A stretch of 63,354 nt of DNA, the filler included, from Rozella allomycis CSF55 (lineage: Eukaryota): the NCBI GenBank assembly GCA_000442015.1. It is 8 parts of 8 records of this genome, joined end to end, with 100 filler letters (N's around TTAATTAATTAA, not from the genome) between each part and the next. Parts side by side here need not be neighbours in the genome. Positions count along the whole stretch, not along the records: positions 11,056 to 36,968 come from KE561055.1; 7 more parts are not named here. One strand, given 5' to 3'. The position numbers and the translations under genes were made by a program. Positions 25,545 through 37,068 of this stretch are shown piece after piece (the first letter of the stretch is position 1; each line of letters begins with the position of its first letter). The notes under the pieces are model-generated. The model ran no database searches. It worked only from the letters and a program-made list of their open reading frames with translations, and had not been told where the DNA came from.

Positions 25545-27125
25545 ACAGATCTCGCCACGGGCCCACGATATGCAAAACTCAAAAGAAAGAGTAACGTACC
25601 GTAGTGGTCGGTGTCTCAGCCGGTGGCTTTGTACCAAAATTCCAGGGTTCTGCTAGGGTCCTGGTCTTGGACTGCAGCATAGAAGCCTCGTAAGCTGCCG
25701 TCCAAAACCTATTATAAATAAATAATAAAATTTACAGAAATTTCTAGAAAGTTATTTACAAACAAATTCTGTAATTTTCTTTGTAAAAAAATTACATGAT
25801 TGCGTCTCAAAAACAGCACCGCAGACATTACTCTTTGCTTGATGAAACCGACGATATTGATTCACTGTTAGCGAATTTCTAAAAAAAATTAAAAACAATA
25901 AAATTATTTATTAATTATTATTTAAATATTTAAATTTATTTCAGCAATTCCAAACTTTGAGTACGCTTGTTGTCTAAGGAATGGATTGGAACTTTTATCC
26001 CTTATCTGAGCAACAATCCCCGTCATGCCATTAATGTTTGAATGTTTTGTAATTAATTCTTTAGGTAAAAATCCTACTCTACATGTTTCAGATTGCACCC
26101 CATTTTTGTTTTCCAGCCTCACTGCAAACACTGCAAGCTCCTCAGATTCAAAACAACCTTAAATTAATTAATAATTATGATTTAAAGTTTAAATNGCCAT
26201 ATCAGAGTGTTTTTACCATCTGGACTTTCACTGCAGCTTTACACATCTTTGTAGCTTAGGGAGATTTTAGGACTAAGCGTCGACCAGCCTATGACATCGG
26301 CCAATACGGAAATTCCATTAACAGATCACTTTTGGAAAGTTACAATCTCTTGTCAACTTGNGCAGATTGAAGACTCAAAGCGCTCAAATCGCTCAATTAC
26401 GTCGGGTCTCGAACGGTTGCCGACTGGCTCTTGGCCAACTCTATATTCAACTGAACTATGCCTTAATTAAGGAGTGGCCGAACTGTGCTGATTTACTATA
26501 ATATCTGATTAAAGCAACCGTTTAAAATATTGGCGCGGGACATTATGCGTCAAAATTTGTCATAACAACATTTTGGTCGATTAGTGCTGTTAGTCATTAA
26601 TGTATTANTAGCAAAACGTCAGGGCTCGAACGGTTGCCGGCTGGCTCATGGCCAACTCTATATTCAACTGAACTATGCCTGCCTTACTGAGTGGCCAAAC
26701 TGTGCTTATTTAATATGATATCNCTGTTATACATATAACACAGATCTAGCCACGGGCCCACGATATGCAAAACTCAAAAGAGTAACGTATGATCGTTTAT
26801 CATTGGAATGTACTAGGCTTTTATAAATTATATATAGTAATAGTCAATGCAATCATGAATAACTGATATAATGCATAAAATTTGACATAAAACATGAAAC
26901 AAAATGGTTCAGATGCCAGCCACNAATAAGTGCTGTTAATCATTGATGTATCAATATTTTAGACCATTTATTCATGAAAGAAATTAGAAAATAGACAAAG
27001 ACTAATTAGACTAGGATGATAACATTTCCTGTTATACATATAACATAGCCCTACAGATCTAGCCACGGGCCCACGATATGCCAAACTCAAAAGAGTAACG
27101 TATGATCATTTATCATTGGAATGTA
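25545..27125. repeat. Mosaic of dispersed repeat fragments
   Basis: cagatct(a/c)gccacgggcccacgatatg..aactcaaaag occurs at ~25547, 26741 and 27054. ctcgaacggttgccg.ctggctc.tggccaactctatattcaactgaactatgcc occurs at ~26408 and 26625. Confidence 0.75.
25922..26160 (-). CDS. HIRAN-like domain fragment (possibly transposon-associated)
   Basis: EELAVFAVRL...TCRVGFLPKEL resembles the HIRAN 'AI.V....VG(Y/F)LP(R/K)E' motif. Confidence 0.4.
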
Positions 27126-27228
27126 CTAGGTTGTTATAAAATATATATAGTAATAGTCAATGCAAAATGATTTACTGCTGTCTGCTATAATGATATAACG
27201 AAATGGTTCAGATGCCAGCCACCTAAAC

Positions 27229-27353
27229 CAGGGTATAATCTGCGGGTTGGGTCGCGGGTCGAGATTTTGGAAGTTGAAATTTAGTGGGGTGGGTCGCAAG
27301 TTACCTCTTCGGGCTGGTTGCGGGTCTTGAAATCCGACCCGTGCAGGGCTCTG
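27229..27353 (+). mobile_element. hAT-like transposon terminus or MITE remnant
   Basis: GC-rich island with repeated cgggt(c/t) subterminal motifs, ending GACCCGTGCAGGGCTCTG (reverse complement CAGAGCCCTGCACGGGTC, a hAT-type end). Confidence 0.5.
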
Positions 27354-28095
27354 GGTATACCCCAAACGCCAAGGAGGTAAATTTAAAGATAAAAGACGAC
27401 TTTAAAAAACTCATCGATTTTTTTCGATTGTCCTCATGGGCATCATTAGCAATTAAATGCTCTTGAAAGAACATTTGAACCTCTGTGGAGCGCTGAAACA
27501 TATCTAAGGCTCTTTCTTGACTTGGAATGCAGCTATCAATGTCTTGAAAAGTATGATTAACCTTTTAAACTAAATAAACGAATGCTTTGCCAAGAATTGA
27601 CCAGTACATAACCCATATTTGTCTGGATCCCTCGAGGCGATCCAAGCCTATGCAAAGAGGAAAATGGTTCCAGTCATCCATTAATCCATTTATTGAATCA
27701 TTGATGAATTCATTATCATCGGGAAGAGTCATATCGTCGCAAAGTGCCTTCATTAATGGGAAATTATCACAATGGCATACGTAACCTATTTCCCTTGTAA
27801 AATCGATTTTCNACCTACAAGTTAATAAAACAATCCATTCTTAAGCACACATTGTCCCATCAATTATTTATTAATAAAAGAAGCCCATTGATCAAAATAA
27901 TTATGGACTTACGCTTGCAAAAGAGTTGATGACTGAAAAAATAGGGCATTTATATCTATTTTGTACGAGTTGTAAGGTTGAATCATTAATATTATTCAAG
28001 AGCTTGTCGAAGGTTGATACAACAGATGTTTTAAATACTGATATATTATATGCTGTAAAGTGCTAATATTGTGTAATCTAGCCGAGCCACACAAA

Positions 28096-28893
28096 ATGTT
28101 TTTCAGATTTTTTGTTTTGTTTGCAGCCTTTCTGCTGCCTTCTTCTTGCCGTAAAATAGACGAGTTTCCAAATGTATTCTATGGCATTCAAAGAAACAAC
28201 GATGCTTCCGACAGTCAAGACAAGCTTACCGTTGTTGGCGACTCGGTTACATACAAAGTAGCCTTCCCTAAAGAATACGAGCTAAACGATTTAAATTTTT
28301 TCTACAACAATGAGCTAGTTTCAGTCGACGCCAATTCTATACATCAAGAAAACGGCCACAAAACCTTTACATTCACTGCAATAGTGAAGGAAGAGCCTAT
28401 CACCTTTACATTCAAAGATAATGTGTCTAGAAGTGCAAAGCCAGGCATCCCTCTGCACGTTTATTCACTCAGCCAGCTGGTAGCCAGTGACAGTTCCTCC
28501 GCGGTCGATAATGAGCTATCGTTTTCGATAAAAGCAGACTGCAAGACGAGAAAGTCGATTGATGGGTACTGGTACATTGACGGCCAGCGACTTGAAAATC
28601 CCTCCAATTTCTGTGACGGCATTGAATACACTTTTGCGGAAAAGGTTGCAAGAGGCTATCATAAAAAGATCCAGTTTGCAAGAGGTGATTTGTTGATGGA
28701 TGTTTTGGAGCTTCATGATGCGAGAATCGATGTTGATGAGATTAGGGATGCATTTGGCACGCTTGGTACGTGGTTTATTGTGGGAGCGGTTGCTGTAGTG
28801 CTCGTGATTGTTGTTTTGGTGGTGTGCTGTTGTAGAGTTTGTTGTGGTAGGAAGAGTGGCGATAAGATTAAGAGGTACCACAATAAAGTTTGA
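28096..28893 (+). CDS. Type I single-pass membrane protein (orphan)
   Basis: Signal peptide MFFRFFVLFAAFLLPSSC, beta-rich ectodomain, TM helix, then VCCCRVCCGRK and a short basic tail. Confidence 0.8.
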   Translation: MFFRFFVLFAAFLLPSSCRKIDEFPNVFYGIQRNNDASDSQDKLTVVGDSVTYKVAFPKEYELNDLNFFYNNELVSVDANSIHQENGHKTFTFTAIVKEEPITFTFKDNVSRSAKPGIPLHVYSLSQLVASDSSSAVDNELSFSIKADCKTRKSIDGYWYIDGQRLENPSNFCDGIEYTFAEKVARGYHKKIQFARGDLLMDVLELHDARIDVDEIRDAFGTLGTWFIVGAVAVVLVIVVLVVCCCRVCCGRKSGDKIKRYHNKV

Positions 28894-29225
28894 ATTTGAC
28901 AATAAATATTAACATAGTTTGATAACTTGCTAAAATGGGATTACAAAGACCATCTATTTTAATTGATTTGGTTATTAGTTTAGCACTTTGGAAAACAGAC
29001 CGTCGGCAACCACTTCACTTTGGTTGCATCCCTAGCCTAGCATCAAACTCATAGCATTTTTTGCAATTGTCTTTAATAATTCATTGGTTGAGGAATGCTT
29101 TTACCCAAAAACCTTTATATATTAGTGCCAGTAGAAAGTCATTAGATTTTTGGACTGGGTTGTTAGTTTAATACTATTCGAAATAAATCATACCAACATA
29201 TTAATTATTAACAAGAGATTTTATT

Positions 29226-30079
29226 TTACCAAAGTAAGGTGTCAATGAAATCGTTATGGTAAGAAGTAGGTTTGTCGGCCTCTTTTGGCACATTTTCTTG
29301 GTTTGTTTTATTGTTAAGTACAATTAAAGAACCTATCGGCAGACTTGAAAATCTAGTGTTGGAAGAAATGAAGAGATTTGACATTGTAGCACTCTTATTA
29401 CCTGCATGAATGGACGACCGCCTACAGATAAAGTTAATACAATATAAGCACCTTCTTTCTGGAGAAAATATTGAAAAGGCATTTGAACTCTTGTCGCAAA
29501 AGATCTTAACAGCTTCAAATAATGGTTGTTCCAGAATTTGAAAATCAACTGAATCTATCATTTCATCGACTGATTCGAGGGCTTTATTTAAGCTATCATT
29601 TAATCCAAAAATAGTTATGAGAAATAGCAAGTCAAAATGAAACTGAATGAAATGTTTTTGTGTCAATTTTAAGTTCTCGTAAACATTACCTACGCGTTGA
29701 ATGACTTGATTAATAATTGAATTCAAAATGTCCTTGTATTTAACACAAAGTGTTTTTACTTTATTTGTTTCTTCACAGCAAAGAAGATTATTTTTAAACT
29801 TGAATAAAAAGTCCAAAATAGTCAAGGATGGCTCATGTGGAATCTCAACTGTAAAGCTTTCTTCACCTTCTACTTGAATCAAATTTTCTAATATAAAGAA
29901 TGTTATTCTTTTTACCTTGCCAAGTAAATGAAATATTTTCCAATTTCTTTGAGAGTTCTTCAAAATCACAACAACTTAATATCCAATTTAGAAACGTAGA
30001 GCAATACAAATCTTTGGCTTTATTCATAAACAAAGACTGATTTTCCATTCCTTTCGTCATTGTCTGGTAAAGTTCAATG
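29226..30079 (-). CDS. COG1: Conserved oligomeric Golgi complex subunit 1, C-terminal part
   Basis: TWQ..IQVEGEE..VEIPHEPS..LDFLF, QFHFDLLFL, IDSVDFQIL and RFSSLPI parallel the COG1 C-terminal motifs. Confidence 0.6.
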
Positions 30080-30402
30080 NAGATCCATTTCTAACGCCCC
30101 GACAGACGACAGTAGTTGTACAGTTGCAAGTCCTCATTGTGAATTCGAACTTCTTGATAGAAAAGTGAGACGGAATAGAATACTCTCTGCCTGATGTGGC
30201 TCGTGTTTTGATGAAACATTTAATTTGGCTCCCCGTTGACCCGCTCCATGAATAAATTATTATTATTCTATTTCATATCGCATATTTTTAACAAGTTTAT
30301 AATTCTAAATCCTCACTTTGAAATGGCTCTATCAACAAACTAAAAATTGCTTGATTGTCAATTATATTATAAACATACATTGTTACTTAAGTAAATTGTT
30401 CT

Positions 30403-32023
30403 TTATTCATTCTTTGGAAGTGGCTTGTATTCCCCGCGTGAATACCTTTGAATTAAAATCAAAATTACAAGTATAATTGATCCAAAAATAACATAAAAAT
30501 TATCATAAAAGTATTTTTGGGAGACCTAGATTGTAAGAATAGAAATTAAGGTACCTTGAAAAATGTGGCCATCTTTCCCCTCATGCTAGTCCCCTGTAGT
30601 CATACTTATGGAAGAAAATTACAAATAAATCGCCAGATTTTGCTTTATGTAAATTTTCTTTTATATTTTCAATTTCTATTTCATCTATTTTATAGAACAT
30701 TTCATCATTTGGATTTAAAGCCAGAAGATTCCATTCATAAGAAGAATCGAAGTTGAAGACATTTGAAGAATATTGAGAATACAAATTGGCGTTCATGTAG
30801 CAAAATAAGACATCTCTATCAAAATTCTCTGCAATTGATTTGAATTTTAATTCCAATGAGTTTAAAATCTCTGAATTTTTAACAATCAACAAAACAATCC
30901 ACTTTTTATTATCTTCTAAAATGAATTGTGAAGTCTTAAAATTTAATTCGCTTACTATTGGCAAATAATGATCTTTAATCCAATTCTCTAATTTATTTGA
31001 TTCTTCAAACGTTATTGGATTCTTTCCTTTGTAAACGTTCAACGTTGATTTAGAATTGCTATTATTGAAAATGTAAAAGCTTGCCATCGTTCGATACTTT
31101 AGTGCTGTATTCTTAAATCTTCTCTTAAAATCCTCCGTTGGATTCACTAAAACAAATCTTGTTCCTTTTTCATTTTCAATCTCTTCTATTTTCGCCACAG
31201 ATTTGAAAAATGGTCTTTCGTCTTTGAATTAATCATTTACTTTGAATTTTCTTCAATAAATTTCAAAAGATCTTCCAATTTTCTAGCGCCACTATATTTG
31301 CTCTGATAATCCCTTTCAATGCTTTATTAGTAATTATTATCATTTACTATATTAAAGTTGGATATCCATTAATTCCATATTTTCTGCAAATATCTCCAAA
31401 TGATTCACAATCAACATCCCCCACGTTAACATTGGTAGCCTTCTCAGCCAATTCTGTCCACGTTGGCGCTAAACTTTTACAATGCCCACACCATGGGGCG
31501 AAAAATTTTATAAACCATCTGCCCTCTTTTATTTGATTAACATTCTTTGTATTTATTTCAATCAAATGTCCAGGATTAACAGGGAGGTCAGTATCACCGC
31601 CATCATGGTCTTCGTTGACATTCTTTTCAATAAATTCAGTCAATTTCTCAACAGTCCTGTAATCTTCAAATTCACTAACTGGTTTGCCTTGCTTATACAG
31701 AATTATTGTTGGCAACCCGTTGACATTCATTTGCCTGCAAAACTCTCTTACTCTCTCCCCAAATAATTACCATTGTGCAACTTGCAATTAACTTGATTTA
31801 GTTTCAATGTTGATGATAAAGACTCGTTCTTTTTGATTTTTTCGTCAAATTGCTCGTAAATGGGCCTGAATTCTTGACAGTGAATACAGTCGGGTGAATA
31901 GTACTTTACTAGATGGAATCTCTCTGATATCGATGATGAAAATGACTGAGGATCGATTTCAATTATTTCTGTGTATATGACTAGTATATGAAGTGCCCAG
32001 ACTATAAAAGTTAATGGCTTCAT
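30403..32023 (-). CDS. Membrane-anchored multi-thioredoxin-domain protein disulfide isomerase (Eps1-like)
   Basis: Signal peptide, YSPDCIHC and FAPWCGHCK active sites, GYPTL, a b-type domain, then a C-terminal TM and ...KPLPKNE. Confidence 0.88.
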
Positions 32024-32508
32024 TTTGTAATTTTAGAAAACAGCTTCAATTTCTTTTTCTAATTGTTATTAAAAGGAATTCGAAAAAAAGATTTATCATT
32101 TAGGTTGTCCGTTGTAGTGTTTTTTATGTGAACAAGGATACTTTGCGTAAAACTCTTCCTCAACAGGGAGGGTGCTCTACTCACGATACCGTTTTGGAGA
32201 ATCTAATATGTTTTTCCTGGGTAATTAGGCTTGATTCAACGCAGCCATCGAGAGTCAAATTGATCAGCAAAAGGAGCGTGCCGATGATTATGATCCTTTG
32301 AGTCATCAGAATGTCATGAGATATATTTAACAAGACCCAGTCTCTCGCTCATTCCATGCATTATGGAAAGAGAGACAAAGAAAAGAAATAAACCAGCAGC
32401 ATACCATGACATCAACGAAATATTAGCACTATTGTTTCCATTAGACAATAGTGCAGATGAATAGTATAATACATTTAATAACATATATAAATATATCTAT
32501 TCTATACT

Positions 32509-33123
32509 TTATTGATGAGTGAAGATATCTTCATACCTGGGCGGCGACATCAATGATTCATCATACGTTGGCGGTCTTTTCTTATCACATTGATTAAATT
32601 TTTCAATCATCGATTTCAGTTTTCTATTTGATTTCACAGATTTCATGTATATCGAAAGATACCCAGGGCTGTTTTCATGCAATGACCTTTGGCCATGGTC
32701 ACTGTGTAATGGATCTATTGCGTTCGCTGCAGTAGTTGCATTCATCCCGCCTGAGTCATCATTCCTTCGCGCCAACGCTCTAGCCAGTTTATGAGAAAAT
32801 TGGCCTTTTTCTATAATGCCTCTTGTTTCTTCAAGGACTGTAAAGTGCGATTTAGCCACCTCGTTTTCAAGCAATATACTAACAAGTCCATTAATTGTAG
32901 AATCCGCGAATGTTTTATGCCGCATTTTAATTTGAATTAATGCTACATTAAAACCCACGTTTGTGACCTTTCCTAAACGTATGTTCTCTTCGGTAAGAAT
33001 TGCGTCCAGGATGTTTGTGTGCGGGGAAATAGTGGGCTTTGAAAAAAAGTCTATCAAAACTCGGTCTAAATGAGAAGCTGCACTTAATGAAACAATGATA
33101 AAAATAAAACAGAAAAACTTCAT
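32509..33123 (-). CDS. Secreted orphan protein with two C-terminal PPxY motifs
   Basis: Signal peptide MKFFCFIFIIVSLSAA. Ends RPPTYDESLMSPPRYEDIF. Intronless. Confidence 0.75.
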   Translation of the reverse strand: MKFFCFIFIIVSLSAASHLDRVLIDFFSKPTISPHTNILDAILTEENIRLGKVTNVGFNVALIQIKMRHKTFADSTINGLVSILLENEVAKSHFTVLEETRGIIEKGQFSHKLARALARRNDDSGGMNATTAANAIDPLHSDHGQRSLHENSPGYLSIYMKSVKSNRKLKSMIEKFNQCDKKRPPTYDESLMSPPRYEDIFTHQ

Positions 33124-33269
33124 ACGACTTTGCCACCGGCACCCACATTAATATCTAATTCGGAATCATGGCCCGGTTATTTATATCTCGCAAAAAATCA
33201 TATTGTTTCGAAATAATCATTAAAAAAAGTCCAATTACCGCGACAAAATTTATTCCAACATTAACGACT

Positions 33270-35843
33270 TTACCTAGGAATATCTGATGATAAATATCGA
33301 ATAATGTCTTTCTTCGTTATGATACCTTTTCACAATTACTTTATAGCATACCTTGAAGTTGGCCGTCTTTAACAATCAACAAATATCGAATGCCCATTTT
33401 TTTAAAGAGATCAATACACATATCCATTGAAGTTCTTTCCGTTACACATAAAGGAGCCTTATATTAGCATGTCATCATATTTTACGTGATTGATCCAAGG
33501 ATTTAGATTTAATTCATTACAATCGCATTTTTCTTCACTTGTGACAAACATTGACGCATCATGGATTAAGGGATTCTGACGGGCTTTTTCTTTCAATAAA
33601 GTTTAATTTGGTTTACTGACTGCGTATCGTAACTCTGTTCGATTAATGTAGCCAATAATTAATAGCTCATTCATATTTTTAACGATTGGAAATCCTTTGT
33701 AGGTCGTCTCGGATAAAAGTCTCTCTTTTCTTTCACTTGAAGAGTACCTTACCTGTGTATTCAACTGTGGATCTTGAAACATCGAACAATGCCAAGTTGC
33801 AAACATGGGTCATTGCATTGGAAACCGGATGTGAGTATGGGTATTCCTTGTCAATGTTTAGAAATGGATATTCTTTTAAAGCAATAAAGCAGTCGACCCT
33901 AGAAATAAATAAACGTGTGGGATACATTGGATCTGGCTGAAGAAAATCCGATACAAATTTTGAAACCATTACAGCAATAATTATTGGTAAAATGTAAGTT
34001 AAAGCTCCCGTAATTTCGTACATGACAACTGCAATAGTAACTTGTGCAGATTTTCTTTAGAAATTACCTGTCATTCTAGTAACACCGGTGAGAAAACTCG
34101 CTGCTCCTATCAAGGCATACGCACCCGGTACAATACATACTTCACCGTCTGTGCAAGAACGGAACAAAAAGAAAGTTGGGTTTAATCTGTTAATTGAATT
34201 CAACTGGATTACTCTTGAATTTGCTGAAATACAATTCCTACCAACCTACCAACACATGCCCCAATTGCCAATGACGGAACAAAAATTCCAGCAGGAATTT
34301 TTATGCCATAAGTGAAAAATGTCAAAGCCATCTTTACAATAATTGTCCAAAGCAACAACATGCAAGTCTTGAGCACCAATGACTCACTAAAACAATAACA
34401 TAATGTTATTACTTGCATATTTCCATACCATCAGGGTCTTTACACTCTGAAAACAAAATACTAAGCAACTCTGGAGCATCAATCCTCATAAAGGAATTAG
34501 GAAAATTTATTAGCGCTGTAACAATAGCCACCATTCCGATTTCCATTAAGGGATTTTTCTGCAGAAGGAAGTTTGTTTTTCTATATTTGTGCCATCTTAC
34601 ATTGAGCTTCACAAGGAGAGAGCCCAAAGCGCCGCAGATAACGCCTATTAACAGAAATATAACAATTTGAAATGATTTCCATGAATAATCATATTTAGAT
34701 TGAAACATAACCAATTTTCCAGATCTAAATGGGTCAATCATTTGAAAAACTATGACCCTAACATAGAAGACATTCAATCATACGCTATCATTGAACAAAA
34801 GAAGCTTCTAAGCATTGTTTTTGTAGGAAAATAATAACTAACTTCTTCCAAGCTGTATAATACACCGGATATGGGAGATCCAAACGCCACAGCAATACCA
34901 CATGCACTCGCAGCAGATAAAATTTCTCGTTTTTTCCCTTCATTGGTAGAATATTTCTTGAAAAGCCGTAAAATAATATTTCCACAGCAACATGCAATAT
35001 GAACGGACGGGCCTTCCTTGCCCAACGAGAGTCCACTCGCAACAGCGAATATCAATCAATCAACGAATACAATCTTACCAACGATATAAATTTAATAATT
35101 AAAGTCTTCAAACCAAGGAACTTTCGTATAATGAATCCACCAAGAATGGTCTTGACCTCTGCTATTCCGCTACCTGCAGCATAAGGTGCAAAACTTATAA
35201 CAAACCAACTTCCGATAATTGCAAAAGCAACCTTTAATCATAAATGGAATTAATTACAGAAAACATAGTGTACACTAAATATTGTAATACATAATATTCT
35301 GAATAATTCTGCCATTTAGAGCATTCATCGTCTGAAATCTGCCAGCAACAAAATCTCTTGCTCAAATAGAAAGCGTCCGAACAGTATCCATGCCTCATAC
35401 CTACCAGCCATTCAATTGCCAAGGTAAGAAACGCCGAAATAACTCCCACGAACAGTCCAATCAAAAAAGTGATCAACCATGCCTGAGATGCATCAAAAGC
35501 CAGTATAAGAACACCTTTCAGACCATCTTTTTTAGCTAGTTCTTTCAATTTTCGTAGTCTAATTCTCTCTTTGGCAAAATCATGGATCCAATCTATATAT
35601 TTACACTAGTCTAAAGGTACCAATAGTCGAATAATCGTCATAAGCCGCTCTTTTACCTGTACCTTCCTTTTTCCATTCTATATCCTCCTGCTCTTCGTCG
35701 TCTTTTCGCCATCTTCTCCACCAAAATAACTGGCAACTATAACTATTTTATTGCAACAATTACTCGGGAGGATTGTTAACAGGTGAAGATGCACCGTATC
35801 TTAAAGGCAATAAAGTCTGCTGGCTAGAATGCTCCAACTGCAT
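33270..35843 (-). CDS. GEF1: CLC chloride/proton exchanger with CBS domains (Gef1/CLC-3 type)
   Basis: [36 protein letters not shown], and CBS-region YKGFPIV and GIITKKD. Confidence 0.93.
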
Positions 35844-36259
35844 AAACTACTAAAGAAATTTCTAAACTAAAAATGTCAAAAAGGGCAAAATTTATTGAAA
35901 CAAAAAAGACAACCTAAAATTAGATTCTGCTTTCAAAGGAGAAACAAAATGAAATGAGTATCAGTGCAATTTTCTCGATCAGAAGGTCAGAATTAGCATG
36001 AAAGCATCATATTATATGCAAAGCCAAATTTAAAAAGACATACCTACAGTTAGAAAAGTCCACAAAATAGAAAATAATGTAAATAGTTCAGAAAGTCCTG
36101 GCTGAGGACGCCTATCAGCATGAATATCTAAGCCTGGGGCGACAGCTTGTCATCATAAAAAAACAAAACTCAATAGCACAATATTTTACCTTGAAAATTT
36201 TTCAGTGGCTTGCCAAATTTCCGTATTTATGTCCTAGTTTCCGAATTTTCGAAATTGAA

Positions 36260-36946
36260 ATGAATTTCCTAAAGATAATAGAAAGCAGGCATAGTACTCG
36301 TGCTTTTGATCCTACTCGGCCAGTATCAAAGGCGGCCGTTCATAGTATTCTTCATGCGGCCAGAAACGCCCCATCTTCACAAAATAATCAACCATGGCGA
36401 TGCATTGTAATAACTGGCCAAGAGCGCGACAATTTATCAAAGTCGTTATTGCATGCCTATGACAACAATTTACCGACCTCCCCAGGCTACAAGAACAGGT
36501 CAAATGTTTTAGATTCTGCACAACAAGCAGGGATTGATGCAAGTGGGAAATGGTGGTATACGGATATACATGGTATACCACAGGAAGATAAAGATAAAAG
36601 AAGACCGATATATAGAAAGAATTATGAATTCTATGGTGCGCCGATACATGTATTACTTTGCGTTCCTGAAAAATCTGTCGAGGGAACATTTCTTGATGCA
36701 GGAGCATTTCTTCAAAATATCCTTTTGGGGTGTGCAGCCTTGGGATTAGGTGCGATCCCTCAGTTCTCTGTGGCCGCTTATTCGGAAGTAGTTAAAGCGA
36801 CCCTCAATATTTCAAATAATGATATAATTGTGTGTGGGATAAGCATTGGTTATCCGTCGTCACAAGCGGTCAAAGGTGGGCCTCCAAGACACGAAGTTGA
36901 TGATTTTACAAAGTGGATTGGGTTCGATAAAGAAAATACAGAATAA
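36260..36946 (+). CDS. Nitroreductase (PnbA/NfnB-like), intronless
   Basis: SRHSTRAF, ARNAPSSQNNQPW, FYGAP, DAGAFLQNILL...GLG, CGISIGYP. Confidence 0.93.
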   Translation: MNFLKIIESRHSTRAFDPTRPVSKAAVHSILHAARNAPSSQNNQPWRCIVITGQERDNLSKSLLHAYDNNLPTSPGYKNRSNVLDSAQQAGIDASGKWWYTDIHGIPQEDKDKRRPIYRKNYEFYGAPIHVLLCVPEKSVEGTFLDAGAFLQNILLGCAALGLGAIPQFSVAAYSEVVKATLNISNNDIIVCGISIGYPSSQAVKGGPPRHEVDDFTKWIGFDKENTE

Positions 36947-37068
36947 AGATAAAGATCGAAAATACTTTNNNNNNNNNNNNNNNNNNNNNNNNNNNNNNNN
37001 NNNNNNNNNNNNTTAATTAATTAANNNNNNNNNNNNNNNNNNNNNNNNNNNNNNNNNNNNNNNNNNNN

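Noticed and set aside
32130-32380. Possible U3 snoRNA-like boxes and a hairpin (gtctctc...gagagac)
   Set aside because: Box spacing does not fit U3 and the region could be a small coding exon. There is too little support to call either.
35150-35185. CLC selectivity motif GSGIA instead of GSGIP
   Set aside because: A common variant in fungal CLCs, and the gating glutamate (GKEGP) is intact.
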